In this document: positions 48,835 to 57,274 of the stretch, one piece after another | How the letters are laid out: every line of letters begins with the position of its first letter | Numbering within the stretch: the first letter of the stretch is position 1 | Assembly: GCA_964535655.1 (NCBI GenBank) | Contig: CAZHTP010000003.1 | Coordinates: 65,186 to 129,185 of the forward strand | Reading direction: 5' to 3' | Length of the DNA: 64,000 nt | DNA from: an uncultured Gammaproteobacteria bacterium | GTDB lineage: Bacteria; Patescibacteriota; Microgenomatia; JALYQM01 | The notes under the pieces: generated by a model | Database searches by the model: none | Told to the model about the DNA's origin: nothing | The model's input: only the letters and a program-made list of their open reading frames with translations | Program-made: the position numbers and the translations under genes

Positions 48835-51800
48835 GTATTCTTTCATAGAATAGCCAAATGAGTATCGGCATAATTGCAATTAATAAGTAGCCAACCCCAT
48901 TTAGCTTAAGGAAAGTATCACTTTCACTCAAAAAGGATAGTGCAGTAGTTCCAATTAAAATATAAAAAATAGTTAGAATATAGAAGAAAAAATTATTCTT
49001 CACAATATATTTCCAGGTAATAATGGTATAGAGTAGCATAGGTCCAATGAGTATTACCCACGACAGAAGTTCTTCCGTCTTCCAACCTGTAAAAAAGAAT
49101 ATTAAAAGGCTTATAATACTCGCAAGTGCTAACACATTTTTCCAACTACGACAATATTTTCGGATAATACAAGCAACAGAGATTACCGCAAAAAATGATA
49201 ATGTTGCACGCGAAATGGACTTAAGCCCTTCTAATGCTGGAAAAACTGTTTGTATTCCAGTGCCTATCGCTGGATCAAGAGGCATTGCTCCTGATTGGTT
49301 GGTATGTATTGGATACAATCTTTCTGATAAATTCATTGAGAGATATAGAATACAGACGCCGATACAACTAAGAAAAAATACCAGGAAAAGCGCATCGCCT
49401 AGCAGTTTTTTTTGTTGGAGAGGATCCTTGGGTAACAATGGGCCGATGTATTCGCGATACAGTGCAATCCCGCCGTTAATTATGATCGTGACTGCTAAGA
49501 ATGACAGAATTAAATATATTGGTATCTTTATGAATTGAAAAAATGAATAGACTTCTATTTGCAGATCAGTGTTATAATCTGTAAAAAAAGTAGACATATG
49601 ATTTACTTGTGAAACAATACTAAAACAGCTCGCAAGAATTGCGATATTGAACCCTGGTTTTGCCCATAATTTTTTTTCTTTATACAGTTTAAAGAATGAA
49701 TTACTTCCAAGTATAAGCAAAAGTAGTCCAATAGTTGTACTCGAGATAATAATTACTAGTTGTTTAATGCCAAGCTGCTCTGATTTTCGTTCATAATTCT
49801 CAGGAACTTTGATAGTGTTTTGTATGTTCAACGGCTCTCCATCGATAACATCTATAGAAATTCTGCGTGATGCCTCAGCAATTCTTTTCTGATCTTCAAA
49901 AGTGAAGCGATAGTCGTCGCGATTATCTCTTTTTAAATTCTCATTATTTACTAAACTAAAATTTGAATCTTTATCTATAAAATTTACTAGATATCCCTGA
50001 GCTTTTTCTAAAGCTTCACTCTCTGAAAGACGCACACCCGCGGCTTTTTCATCAAGCAGATGCTGATATGTGTATTCTCCCCCATCGGAATCTAAAAGAA
50101 CGGTATATTCTTCTTTTTGCAAAGGCTTAAAAAACCGAATATTCCAAAGAACATCTGGCTCCTTATTTTTTGTTAGGAATTGCTTAGTTTTTTCGGGTGA
50201 GCCTTGCGATTTAAGATATGTGAGAGTTGTATCACGTTCTGAATGGGTCGATATTGTTGCAACGGAAATATAATTGGTAACTGTTATGTTTTTTCTTTTA
50301 AGAAATTCCTCTGCTAGTTTTATTGCTTGCATGCGATTAATCAACATACTGCTTTTAGAGTCTTTTGAAATTGACTGAAATGGAATAACTACTGTCAATA
50401 AAAGCGCAAAGATACTAATGGCTATGAGTGAAAGTTTGATGTTGAGTGTGATTGGTGCAGAGGTGATACGCGTGATGGGTGTTTCCTGTGATGTTTTTTT
50501 GTCTGTTGAATATAGTATCACCTGCGCATCGGTAAATTCGTTATTCTGTATTTCCTCTTCTGAGTAACGTTTCTTTGTTACTCGTTGAACTACAGCTGCG
50601 CCGATACAAACCCAAAAAGGTAACAACGCCATAGCAAATGCAGGGATGCTCGTTGACAAACTTTTTGAACCTAGGAAGAAAATTGCCATTTGTAACGCAT
50701 TAAAGCTATAGTGAGCTGCAATTGATGACAATATTCCAAAACGTAGATACAAGAAACTGAAAACGATACCGATTACGAGTAGTTCTACACCGCGGACAAA
50801 AAATGGCATCTGTGGATAGGCGCTATGTTGGAACGACCAACACATTGAAGCAAGCACTACCGAGATGATTAAGGCAACTTTTTGATTGTTAACCTTACTT
50901 CCGAAAAACTTTTTAAAAAGCGATACCGCAAAAAGGCGATACATTACTTCTTCGTTAACAGCTGGTAATAGCCCGATGATTAGAGGATATATCCATGGCA
51001 CTATAGAATTAAAGGCATCACTATAGTTAACGTCAGCTGGTACCCAGAAACCCAATTGTTTGCCAAGGAAATAATAGGTAAGCTCGTATAAAAAGCCTAT
51101 GATTCCTACACAAGCTCCGATCCAAATTCCTTGAATAGTAGTGGGTGAATAGAATGTTTTTTTTAATGTGTCGAAAGTATTTTTTTTCTTAGGGAAGATT
51201 TGACGGTAATAACTTTCTGCTGTTGCAATAGTCATTTCGGAGGTTATGAAGGTAAAAAACCAAGTGATAAGAAGACCTACCAATGCAAGTACAAATACAA
51301 CATAGTAGTTCTGCGTTGTTGGGTAAGAAAAATAATATTGGGTAAAATTATTGGCCGCTGCTGCAAGAGTAATTGCACTCATAACAAGCGCAATATAGTA
51401 CGGAAATTTAAAAGATAACTTTTTGTCACGATACTTTTTAAAGAAAATTAATACGAGAGGAAGTGTAAGGAAGAGAGTACTTACTAATTCTGCTGTCAAT
51501 TGCGCAATTGTATTATATGATTTTTCCTTGTTAAATGAAGAAATCCATGCTTGAGGTACTTTAAGATATTCGTCAAATTGGATTACTGTATCTCCCGCAA
51601 TTATAACTCTTACCCGTTGCCGGGCATCTTTTAGATAATACTCTTTTCGTTCATAAATAAATTGGTGGTCGATTCTGTTTGGACGGTCCGTTTTTGTATA
51701 TTGAATAAATTGCCAACGGTCGGGGAAATTAGTTCGTGAACATAGCGAGCAATGCTTTAACAAGTATGAGTAACCAACTTTTTCTGCCTCTTTTTTTTCG

Positions 51801-52213
51801 AGGGAAGTGCGCATCTGAGTTTCTTCTATTTGATGCGAAAAGGAAACTAGTCTCCCATCTGGTGCATAGGAGGTTAAAAATTCTTCCTTCTGTAATGGCT
51901 TAAATAATCTTGTTGTAAAATACCATAGATTCACATCGTTCTTTGCTAGTTCACCCGTTTGCCTTGCACCTAATTCCCTTTCAAGATAATTTTTTGATGT
52001 TTCATCAATTTCAAAAATGGTTGATTTTTTATATGAATTGATATCCGTGGTTAGTTGTGAGGCATTTTGTATTGCTTTCTGTTCTGCCTGCTTGTTATTA
52101 ATTTGAAATATTATAGCGTGTTCAGGAAAGGCAAACTGTCTAAGGGAAATATAAGTTCCAATACTTATACAGGCAATGACAAATACTACTAGGCTGACAG
52201 TTCTGTTTTTCAT
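48785..52213 (-). CDS. Large internally duplicated CPBP-family membrane protein
   Basis: AVNEEVMYR, WSFQH and AHYSFN in the first half. Duplicated outer domain: RLFKPLQKEE..PDG and RFFKPLQKEE..SDG. Confidence 0.8.
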   Translation of the reverse strand: MKNRTVSLVVFVIACISIGTYISLRQFAFPEHAIIFQINNKQAEQKAIQNASQLTTDINSYKKSTIFEIDETSKNYLERELGARQTGELAKNDVNLWYFTTRLFKPLQKEEFLTSYAPDGRLVSFSHQIEETQMRTSLEKKEAEKVGYSYLLKHCSLCSRTNFPDRWQFIQYTKTDRPNRIDHQFIYERKEYYLKDARQRVRVIIAGDTVIQFDEYLKVPQAWISSFNKEKSYNTIAQLTAELVSTLFLTLPLVLIFFKKYRDKKLSFKFPYYIALVMSAITLAAAANNFTQYYFSYPTTQNYYVVFVLALVGLLITWFFTFITSEMTIATAESYYRQIFPKKKNTFDTLKKTFYSPTTIQGIWIGACVGIIGFLYELTYYFLGKQLGFWVPADVNYSDAFNSIVPWIYPLIIGLLPAVNEEVMYRLFAVSLFKKFFGSKVNNQKVALIISVVLASMCWSFQHSAYPQMPFFVRGVELLVIGIVFSFLYLRFGILSSIAAHYSFNALQMAIFFLGSKSLSTSIPAFAMALLPFWVCIGAAVVQRVTKKRYSEEEIQNNEFTDAQVILYSTDKKTSQETPITRITSAPITLNIKLSLIAISIFALLLTVVIPFQSISKDSKSSMLINRMQAIKLAEEFLKRKNITVTNYISVATISTHSERDTTLTYLKSQGSPEKTKQFLTKNKEPDVLWNIRFFKPLQKEEYTVLLDSDGGEYTYQHLLDEKAAGVRLSESEALEKAQGYLVNFIDKDSNFSLVNNENLKRDNRDDYRFTFEDQKRIAEASRRISIDVIDGEPLNIQNTIKVPENYERKSEQLGIKQLVIIISSTTIGLLLLILGSNSFFKLYKEKKLWAKPGFNIAILASCFSIVSQVNHMSTFFTDYNTDLQIEVYSFFQFIKIPIYLILSFLAVTIIINGGIALYREYIGPLLPKDPLQQKKLLGDALFLVFFLSCIGVCILYLSMNLSERLYPIHTNQSGAMPLDPAIGTGIQTVFPALEGLKSISRATLSFFAVISVACIIRKYCRSWKNVLALASIISLLIFFFTGWKTEELLSWVILIGPMLLYTIITWKYIVKNNFFFYILTIFYILIGTTALSFLSESDTFLKLNGVGYLLIAIMPILIWLFYERILNKWGHALSTKPSFSQ

Positions 52214-52215
52214 GC

Positions 52216-52617
52216 TCAACTTTGGCTTGCAGTGCAAAAAGCACAGCGTTTTGCTTCGAGCGGAATTTCGCTTAAACATTCAGGGCATTTCTTTTTGCTT
52301 GGGGGTGGAGTTTCTTTTCCTCTATTTGCTCTTTCTGTCAATTTGTTCATTGGAAGCACTACAAAGAAATATACTACTGAAGCAACGATGACAAACGATA
52401 TTAATGCATTAATAAAATCGCCGTACATAAATTTACTGGAGTTTATAGTGAAGTAGAGATTGGAGAAATCGTGATTGCCACCGATTGCGCCAATTAATGG
52501 TGTGAGTAAGTCTTTAACAAATGCCGTTACAATTGCGGTGAATGCTGCTCCAACAACAACACCAACTGCTAAGTCAACTACGTTTCCTCTTAATAAAAAC
52601 TTTTTAAAACCGTCCAT
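52216..52617 (-). CDS. mscL: Large-conductance mechanosensitive channel with C-terminal Zn ribbon
   Basis: FKKFLLRGNVVDLAVGVVVGAAF and YGDFINALISF; C-terminal CPECLSEIP...RCAFC. Confidence 0.96.
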   Translation of the reverse strand: MDGFKKFLLRGNVVDLAVGVVVGAAFTAIVTAFVKDLLTPLIGAIGGNHDFSNLYFTINSSKFMYGDFINALISFVIVASVVYFFVVLPMNKLTERANRGKETPPPSKKKCPECLSEIPLEAKRCAFCTASQS

Positions 52618-52673
52618 ATAAACCTCATTTTTTAATAGTGGTAACCTGTATGTGAGGATTATACAATAAATGC

Positions 52674-54038
52674 ATGAGTAAGAAAATCGAGAAAATATTT
52701 GCTGCCCCAGCTATTGGTCTTGATACGTTAATGAAAAGCCTTAAAAAGATTGGTAAAGCGACACCAGGTTCAGATTCATTTAAAAAAGCCCATGGCTACT
52801 GGAATATGCTTGGGCCAGGACTGATTACTGGAGCTGCGGATGATGACCCTTCAGGTATTACCACCTATTCGCAAACTGGAGCTCAGTACGGATTTCAATT
52901 ATTATGGCTTGCAGGTTTTACTTTTCCACTGATGTCTATTGTGCAAGAAATGTGCGCGCGGATTGGGCTTGTTACCGGGCGAGGACTTGCTGGCACAATC
53001 CGTATTAATTATCCCAAGAAAGTTTTGTATGTCTGTGCTGTGTTATTATTTGTCGCTAACACTTTAAATTTAGGTGCTGACTTTGGAGCGATGGCTCAAG
53101 CGATTGAGCTTGTTGTGCCTGGACTGAATTTCTATTTCTTAGTCATTTTTTTTGGAGTGTTTTGCCTATTGTTACAAATTTATACTTCGTATGAAGAATA
53201 TGCTAAGTATCTAAAATGGATGGCTCTGGTATTACTCTCCTATGTTTTCTCAGCGTTGTTAGTCTCCATAGATACTCGCGAATTACTTAAAGCAACCTTT
53301 ATCCCTACTATCACTTTTTCACAAGATCAGATATTTTTGATCACTGCGATACTTGGAACAACGATATCTCCATATTTATTTTTCTGGCAGACATCACAGG
53401 AAATTGAAGAGGAGATACTTAAAGGAAAAACTTCGGTAAAACTTCGCGAGGGAGCAACTAAAGATGAGATCTCGCATATGCGGATTGATGTATGGAGTGG
53501 GATGTTTGTATCGAATATTGTAATGTTTTTTATAATTGCAGCTTGTGCTGCGACACTTTTTTCGCATGGAATCACCAATATAGGTTCGGCTGCAGATGCT
53601 GCTCAAGCACTAAAACCGATCGCTGGAGAATTTGCTTTTATCCTTTTTGCGGCAGGGATTGTAGGGGCTGGACTTTTAGCAGTTCCTGTTCTTGCCGGCT
53701 CGGCCGCCTATACTTTTGCAGAAACATTTAACTGGAAATCGGGATTATACAGAAAGCTTCATGATGCTCCTGCTTTTTATGGTGTAATAATTATTTCTGT
53801 CGTAATTGGTATGCTTATTAATTTCTTTGGTTTTGATCCGATCAAGGTGCTGATCTACTCGGCGGTAGTTAATGGACTTGTAGCACCCGTTGTTTTAGTG
53901 CTTATTGTTCAGATTGCAGGTAATAAAAAGATAATGGGTAGACATAAAAATGGTTGGTTTACACAGCTTATTGGTTGGAGTGTTGTAGTTATTATGACTA
54001 TAGCCGGGCTTGCAACTATCGGATCACTGTTTTTCTAA
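52674..54038 (+). CDS. Nramp-like divalent metal transporter
   Basis: LGPGLITGAADDDPSGI.TYSQ.GA, QEMCARIG.VTG.GL and ILGTTISPY. Confidence 0.9.
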   Translation: MSKKIEKIFAAPAIGLDTLMKSLKKIGKATPGSDSFKKAHGYWNMLGPGLITGAADDDPSGITTYSQTGAQYGFQLLWLAGFTFPLMSIVQEMCARIGLVTGRGLAGTIRINYPKKVLYVCAVLLFVANTLNLGADFGAMAQAIELVVPGLNFYFLVIFFGVFCLLLQIYTSYEEYAKYLKWMALVLLSYVFSALLVSIDTRELLKATFIPTITFSQDQIFLITAILGTTISPYLFFWQTSQEIEEEILKGKTSVKLREGATKDEISHMRIDVWSGMFVSNIVMFFIIAACAATLFSHGITNIGSAADAAQALKPIAGEFAFILFAAGIVGAGLLAVPVLAGSAAYTFAETFNWKSGLYRKLHDAPAFYGVIIISVVIGMLINFFGFDPIKVLIYSAVVNGLVAPVVLVLIVQIAGNKKIMGRHKNGWFTQLIGWSVVVIMTIAGLATIGSLFF

Positions 54039-56227
54039 AGTTCAATACTTGGTTTTGATTTGATTAGTATAGAAAAGGTGGTTTTTGCTCCGGTGAATTT
54101 TTCGATAAGCACTGTTAATTCTTTTATTGCTTTTTCAAGCTCCTCCCTTGATACCGGTGGTAGCGCCTCTAAAACTACTATGGCATTTTTAGTATCTTTA
54201 GTGAGTTTGGTTCGGTCAACTTCTCGCCAATTCCAGCGTCGACATATTGCACCGAGGTTGTCTTTATATATAACTTCACCTGGGTAGGGGGCTTCTTCTG
54301 TATCATCCCCTAGCAATTTTACGGGAGCTTCGTTTGGTCCAGCAATGGTTAGTTTTACCGACCCTTCAAGTTGATCAATATCTTCCCCGCCTGCTGGGAG
54401 CATATATTTGAGGGAAATACAATTATATATATCTACGAGTTTATTATCAGAGCGTAATTCACGACCTTTAAGAATCATGCGAGGTAGATTTTCGACTGAT
54501 GAGCGATACTCTGAAGGCTTTGATCCGAATTTTTTGAATGTCTCTCTCCATACACTAATTTTAGGATTTGTCTTTAACGTTTCTTCTGTCATTTCTCCTC
54601 TAATTCGATCAGTCTCAGTTTTAAGCAGGGCTTGGATTTCTTCGGTGCTTTCACCGTTTTGCATTCCCTCTGCAACCACTACACCGATCATGGTATCAGG
54701 AAATTCTTCAAAGATTTTTTTAGATACCATGAATTTTTGCGTTCCATCATCAATATCTTCAGGGACTTCTGCAATGGTTTTTTTAAAAGGGAATAATATT
54801 GTTTCCTGAATGATCCAGACATTACTAAAGAATTCCGTGAGGCGTTCAATGCCAACTCCTACCCCTGCCATCGGGGCCATACCGTATTCCATGCTTTCAA
54901 TAAATTCTTCGTCAATAGGCTGTGCCACCTCAGATTCATTATCCAGCTTACGATAATTTTCTGCTTCGAACGATTTGCGCTGATCGATTGGGTCGTTTTT
55001 CTCTGACCAGCCATCCATTATCTCTTTTCCACCGATATACAACTCGAATCGTTCGGCAAGTTCGTCCTGACCAAATTTTCTTTTGGATAGCGGACTTATT
55101 TCCATGGGGTAGTTGTACACCCAGGTTGGGTTCATTAATTTTTTGGAACTAATTTTGTCAAAAATATAGAAAATAATTTCGCCGCGACGGGTATTCCCTT
55201 CTAAATCAATTTTTTTAGAATGCGCATATTTCAAAAGCTCTTCATCCGACATGCTTGTGACATCAATACCTTGATCTTCTTTAATAAGATCGTACATAGT
55301 GATACGCTTCCATTCCTGGTTTAGATTCACTTCATTTTCATGCACTTTAACGATTTCCGTTTTAAGTACATCCATGGCAAGATAGCGCATCATCTCTTCA
55401 AGTAGATCCATCATCTGAATATAGTCTATATAGGGTACATACGCTTCAAGCATAGTGAATTCGAAATAATGAGTTTGATCGACACCTTCATTGCGGAAAT
55501 CCTTTGCGATATCATACACGCCTCCTAAACCACCTACTACCAGTCGTTTAAGATATAACTCTGAGGCGATCTTAAGGTAGGCCTCGGTATCCAAAGAATT
55601 TATGTGTGTGGTAAATGGTTTAGCATTGGCGCCTCCATATAATGGTTGAAGCATGGGTACTTCGACTTCGGTAAGCCCTTTACGGTCAAGAAATTCACGA
55701 ATACCTCGTACAAGACTGTGGCGAATTTTAAATATTCTTCGAGTTTCTTCATTCATAAGAAGATCAAGGTATCGTTTGCGAAGTCGTGTTTCTTTATCGG
55801 TTAAGCCTTCCCATTTCTCAGGTAGTGGGCGTAGGGCTTTAGCTAATAAATCCCAGGTTTTTACTAGAATTGTGATCTCACCTCGATGGGTGCGAAAAGC
55901 GGTACCTTTTATCCCAATGATATCTCCCACATCGAGATATTTAAGAAGCTCAAAAGATCCTTCGCTCATCTCGTCTATTTTGAAATAGATTTGAATTTGT
56001 CCTGTTTCATCCTGCAGGTGTCCAAAGATCGACTTACCGTGTTCTCGCCAGGACATAATTCGACCGGCGGTAGAGACAGCTATCCCATCGAAATTAGGAA
56101 AGTTATCGAGGATTGGTTTAATAGCATTATTGTGAGGAAACCGTGTAGGGTAGACATTAATACCTTTTTTACGTAATTCTTCGAGTTTTTTAAGGCGAAT
56201 GGAGTATATTTCTTCGAGGGTCGACAT
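54035..56227 (-). CDS. lysS: Class II lysyl-tRNA synthetase fused to a C-terminal B3/B4 domain
   Basis: OB fold, RKRYLDL, YGGANAKPF, IASELYLKRL, FRNEG and GVGIERL. Followed by about 230 aa containing WRETFKKFG, SSVE, VDIYN.IS and CRRWNWRE. Confidence 0.96.
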   Translation of the reverse strand: MSTLEEIYSIRLKKLEELRKKGINVYPTRFPHNNAIKPILDNFPNFDGIAVSTAGRIMSWREHGKSIFGHLQDETGQIQIYFKIDEMSEGSFELLKYLDVGDIIGIKGTAFRTHRGEITILVKTWDLLAKALRPLPEKWEGLTDKETRLRKRYLDLLMNEETRRIFKIRHSLVRGIREFLDRKGLTEVEVPMLQPLYGGANAKPFTTHINSLDTEAYLKIASELYLKRLVVGGLGGVYDIAKDFRNEGVDQTHYFEFTMLEAYVPYIDYIQMMDLLEEMMRYLAMDVLKTEIVKVHENEVNLNQEWKRITMYDLIKEDQGIDVTSMSDEELLKYAHSKKIDLEGNTRRGEIIFYIFDKISSKKLMNPTWVYNYPMEISPLSKRKFGQDELAERFELYIGGKEIMDGWSEKNDPIDQRKSFEAENYRKLDNESEVAQPIDEEFIESMEYGMAPMAGVGVGIERLTEFFSNVWIIQETILFPFKKTIAEVPEDIDDGTQKFMVSKKIFEEFPDTMIGVVVAEGMQNGESTEEIQALLKTETDRIRGEMTEETLKTNPKISVWRETFKKFGSKPSEYRSSVENLPRMILKGRELRSDNKLVDIYNCISLKYMLPAGGEDIDQLEGSVKLTIAGPNEAPVKLLGDDTEEAPYPGEVIYKDNLGAICRRWNWREVDRTKLTKDTKNAIVVLEALPPVSREELEKAIKELTVLIEKFTGAKTTFSILIKSKPSIEL

Positions 56228-56271
56228 GCTGGGATTGTATCAAAATGTTAGTAATTGCCGCAACTTGAAAT

Positions 56272-57228
56272 TTAGTAGTATTTCTTTTTCATGAAGGCAA
56301 ATACCGCAGAGATGAGCACTGATACACCACCAATTATGGCATACATAACTCCGTCATTTACACCAGCTTGAGGAAGGGTGCTTGCATCGGCCACTACTCG
56401 ATCTGGGGTTGGCGTTGATGACGACTGTGCAACAACAGGTGTTGAGGAAGCCGATGAACTCGGTGCAGGTGTGCTGGTAGCACTTGATGAGGGAGCCGGC
56501 GTATTTGTTGGGGTTGGGGTTGGGGTATTTGATGGTCCACCGACAGGCGGCGTTCCCGTGGGACTTGCTGTTGGGCTCGCGGTAGGTGAAGCAGTAGCCG
56601 AGCGTGTTGGAGTTGGTGATGGTGATGGTGATGGTGATGGTGTGTAGCGTGGGGATCCCGTTGGAGAGTGAGTTGGTGATGCTGCTGGCGAACTAGTCGG
56701 TGTTGGGGATGGACTTCTAGTTGGAGTGGGTCGAGGAGTGCTTGAAGCGCTACACTTGCTTGTATCTGGCGCAATATATCTTCCGAAATCTGGTCCGGTA
56801 AAATCTAGCTGGTATGGTAAGCATAATCGACCAACTAAAACTTCCCATGACTCGCCAGGGCCTACAGTAATTTCGCCTTTCGGATTTGCTGCATTATCCC
56901 AACAGTCCTGACCACCGGGTTGATCAGGACGACAGTCAATCTGCCATCCAATTTTTCTTGTGGTTGAAGCATTGTTCTTTACTTTGATCCAACCTTCTTG
57001 ATCTTGAGAAGCAAAGTCCCAATCACCATTCTTTTCACTGGTATAGTGTCCACTTGCAGGTACAGGAAAAGGATCTGTTTTAAATACTGAGGCAGTTGGT
57101 AAAGTATATGCATTACTTTTTTGAACTTGATTTTGATTCTTATTTAAATATAAGAAAATGAAGGTACCCGCAACAAGAGCAACTATAAACAGTGAAGAAA
57201 AAATTAATATAAGCTTTTTTGAATTCAT
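56272..57228 (-). CDS. Pro/Ser/Thr-rich surface protein with LPxAG sorting-like signal
   Basis: N-terminal TM, small 4-Cys domain, about 120-aa PT/PS stalk, then LPQAG, a hydrophobic helix and KKKYY. Confidence 0.75.
   Translation of the reverse strand: MNSKKLILIFSSLFIVALVAGTFIFLYLNKNQNQVQKSNAYTLPTASVFKTDPFPVPASGHYTSEKNGDWDFASQDQEGWIKVKNNASTTRKIGWQIDCRPDQPGGQDCWDNAANPKGEITVGPGESWEVLVGRLCLPYQLDFTGPDFGRYIAPDTSKCSASSTPRPTPTRSPSPTPTSSPAASPTHSPTGSPRYTPSPSPSPSPTPTRSATASPTASPTASPTGTPPVGGPSNTPTPTPTNTPAPSSSATSTPAPSSSASSTPVVAQSSSTPTPDRVVADASTLPQAGVNDGVMYAIIGGVSVLISAVFAFMKKKYY
56615..56642. repeat. (GGTGAT)4+ coding microsatellite
   Basis: Perfect 6-bp tandem repeat encoding a Pro-Ser run on the minus strand. 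Confidence 0.85.
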
Positions 57229-57274
57229 TGGAAAAGGCACCTTTATATATTCAATAGTAGAGGATGCCTGTTCC

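Noticed and set aside
56378-56774. Alternative-frame ORFs with poly-His/Gln or Gly-Val/Asp repeats
   Set aside because: These are shadows of the Pro/Ser/Thr-coding low-complexity stalk.
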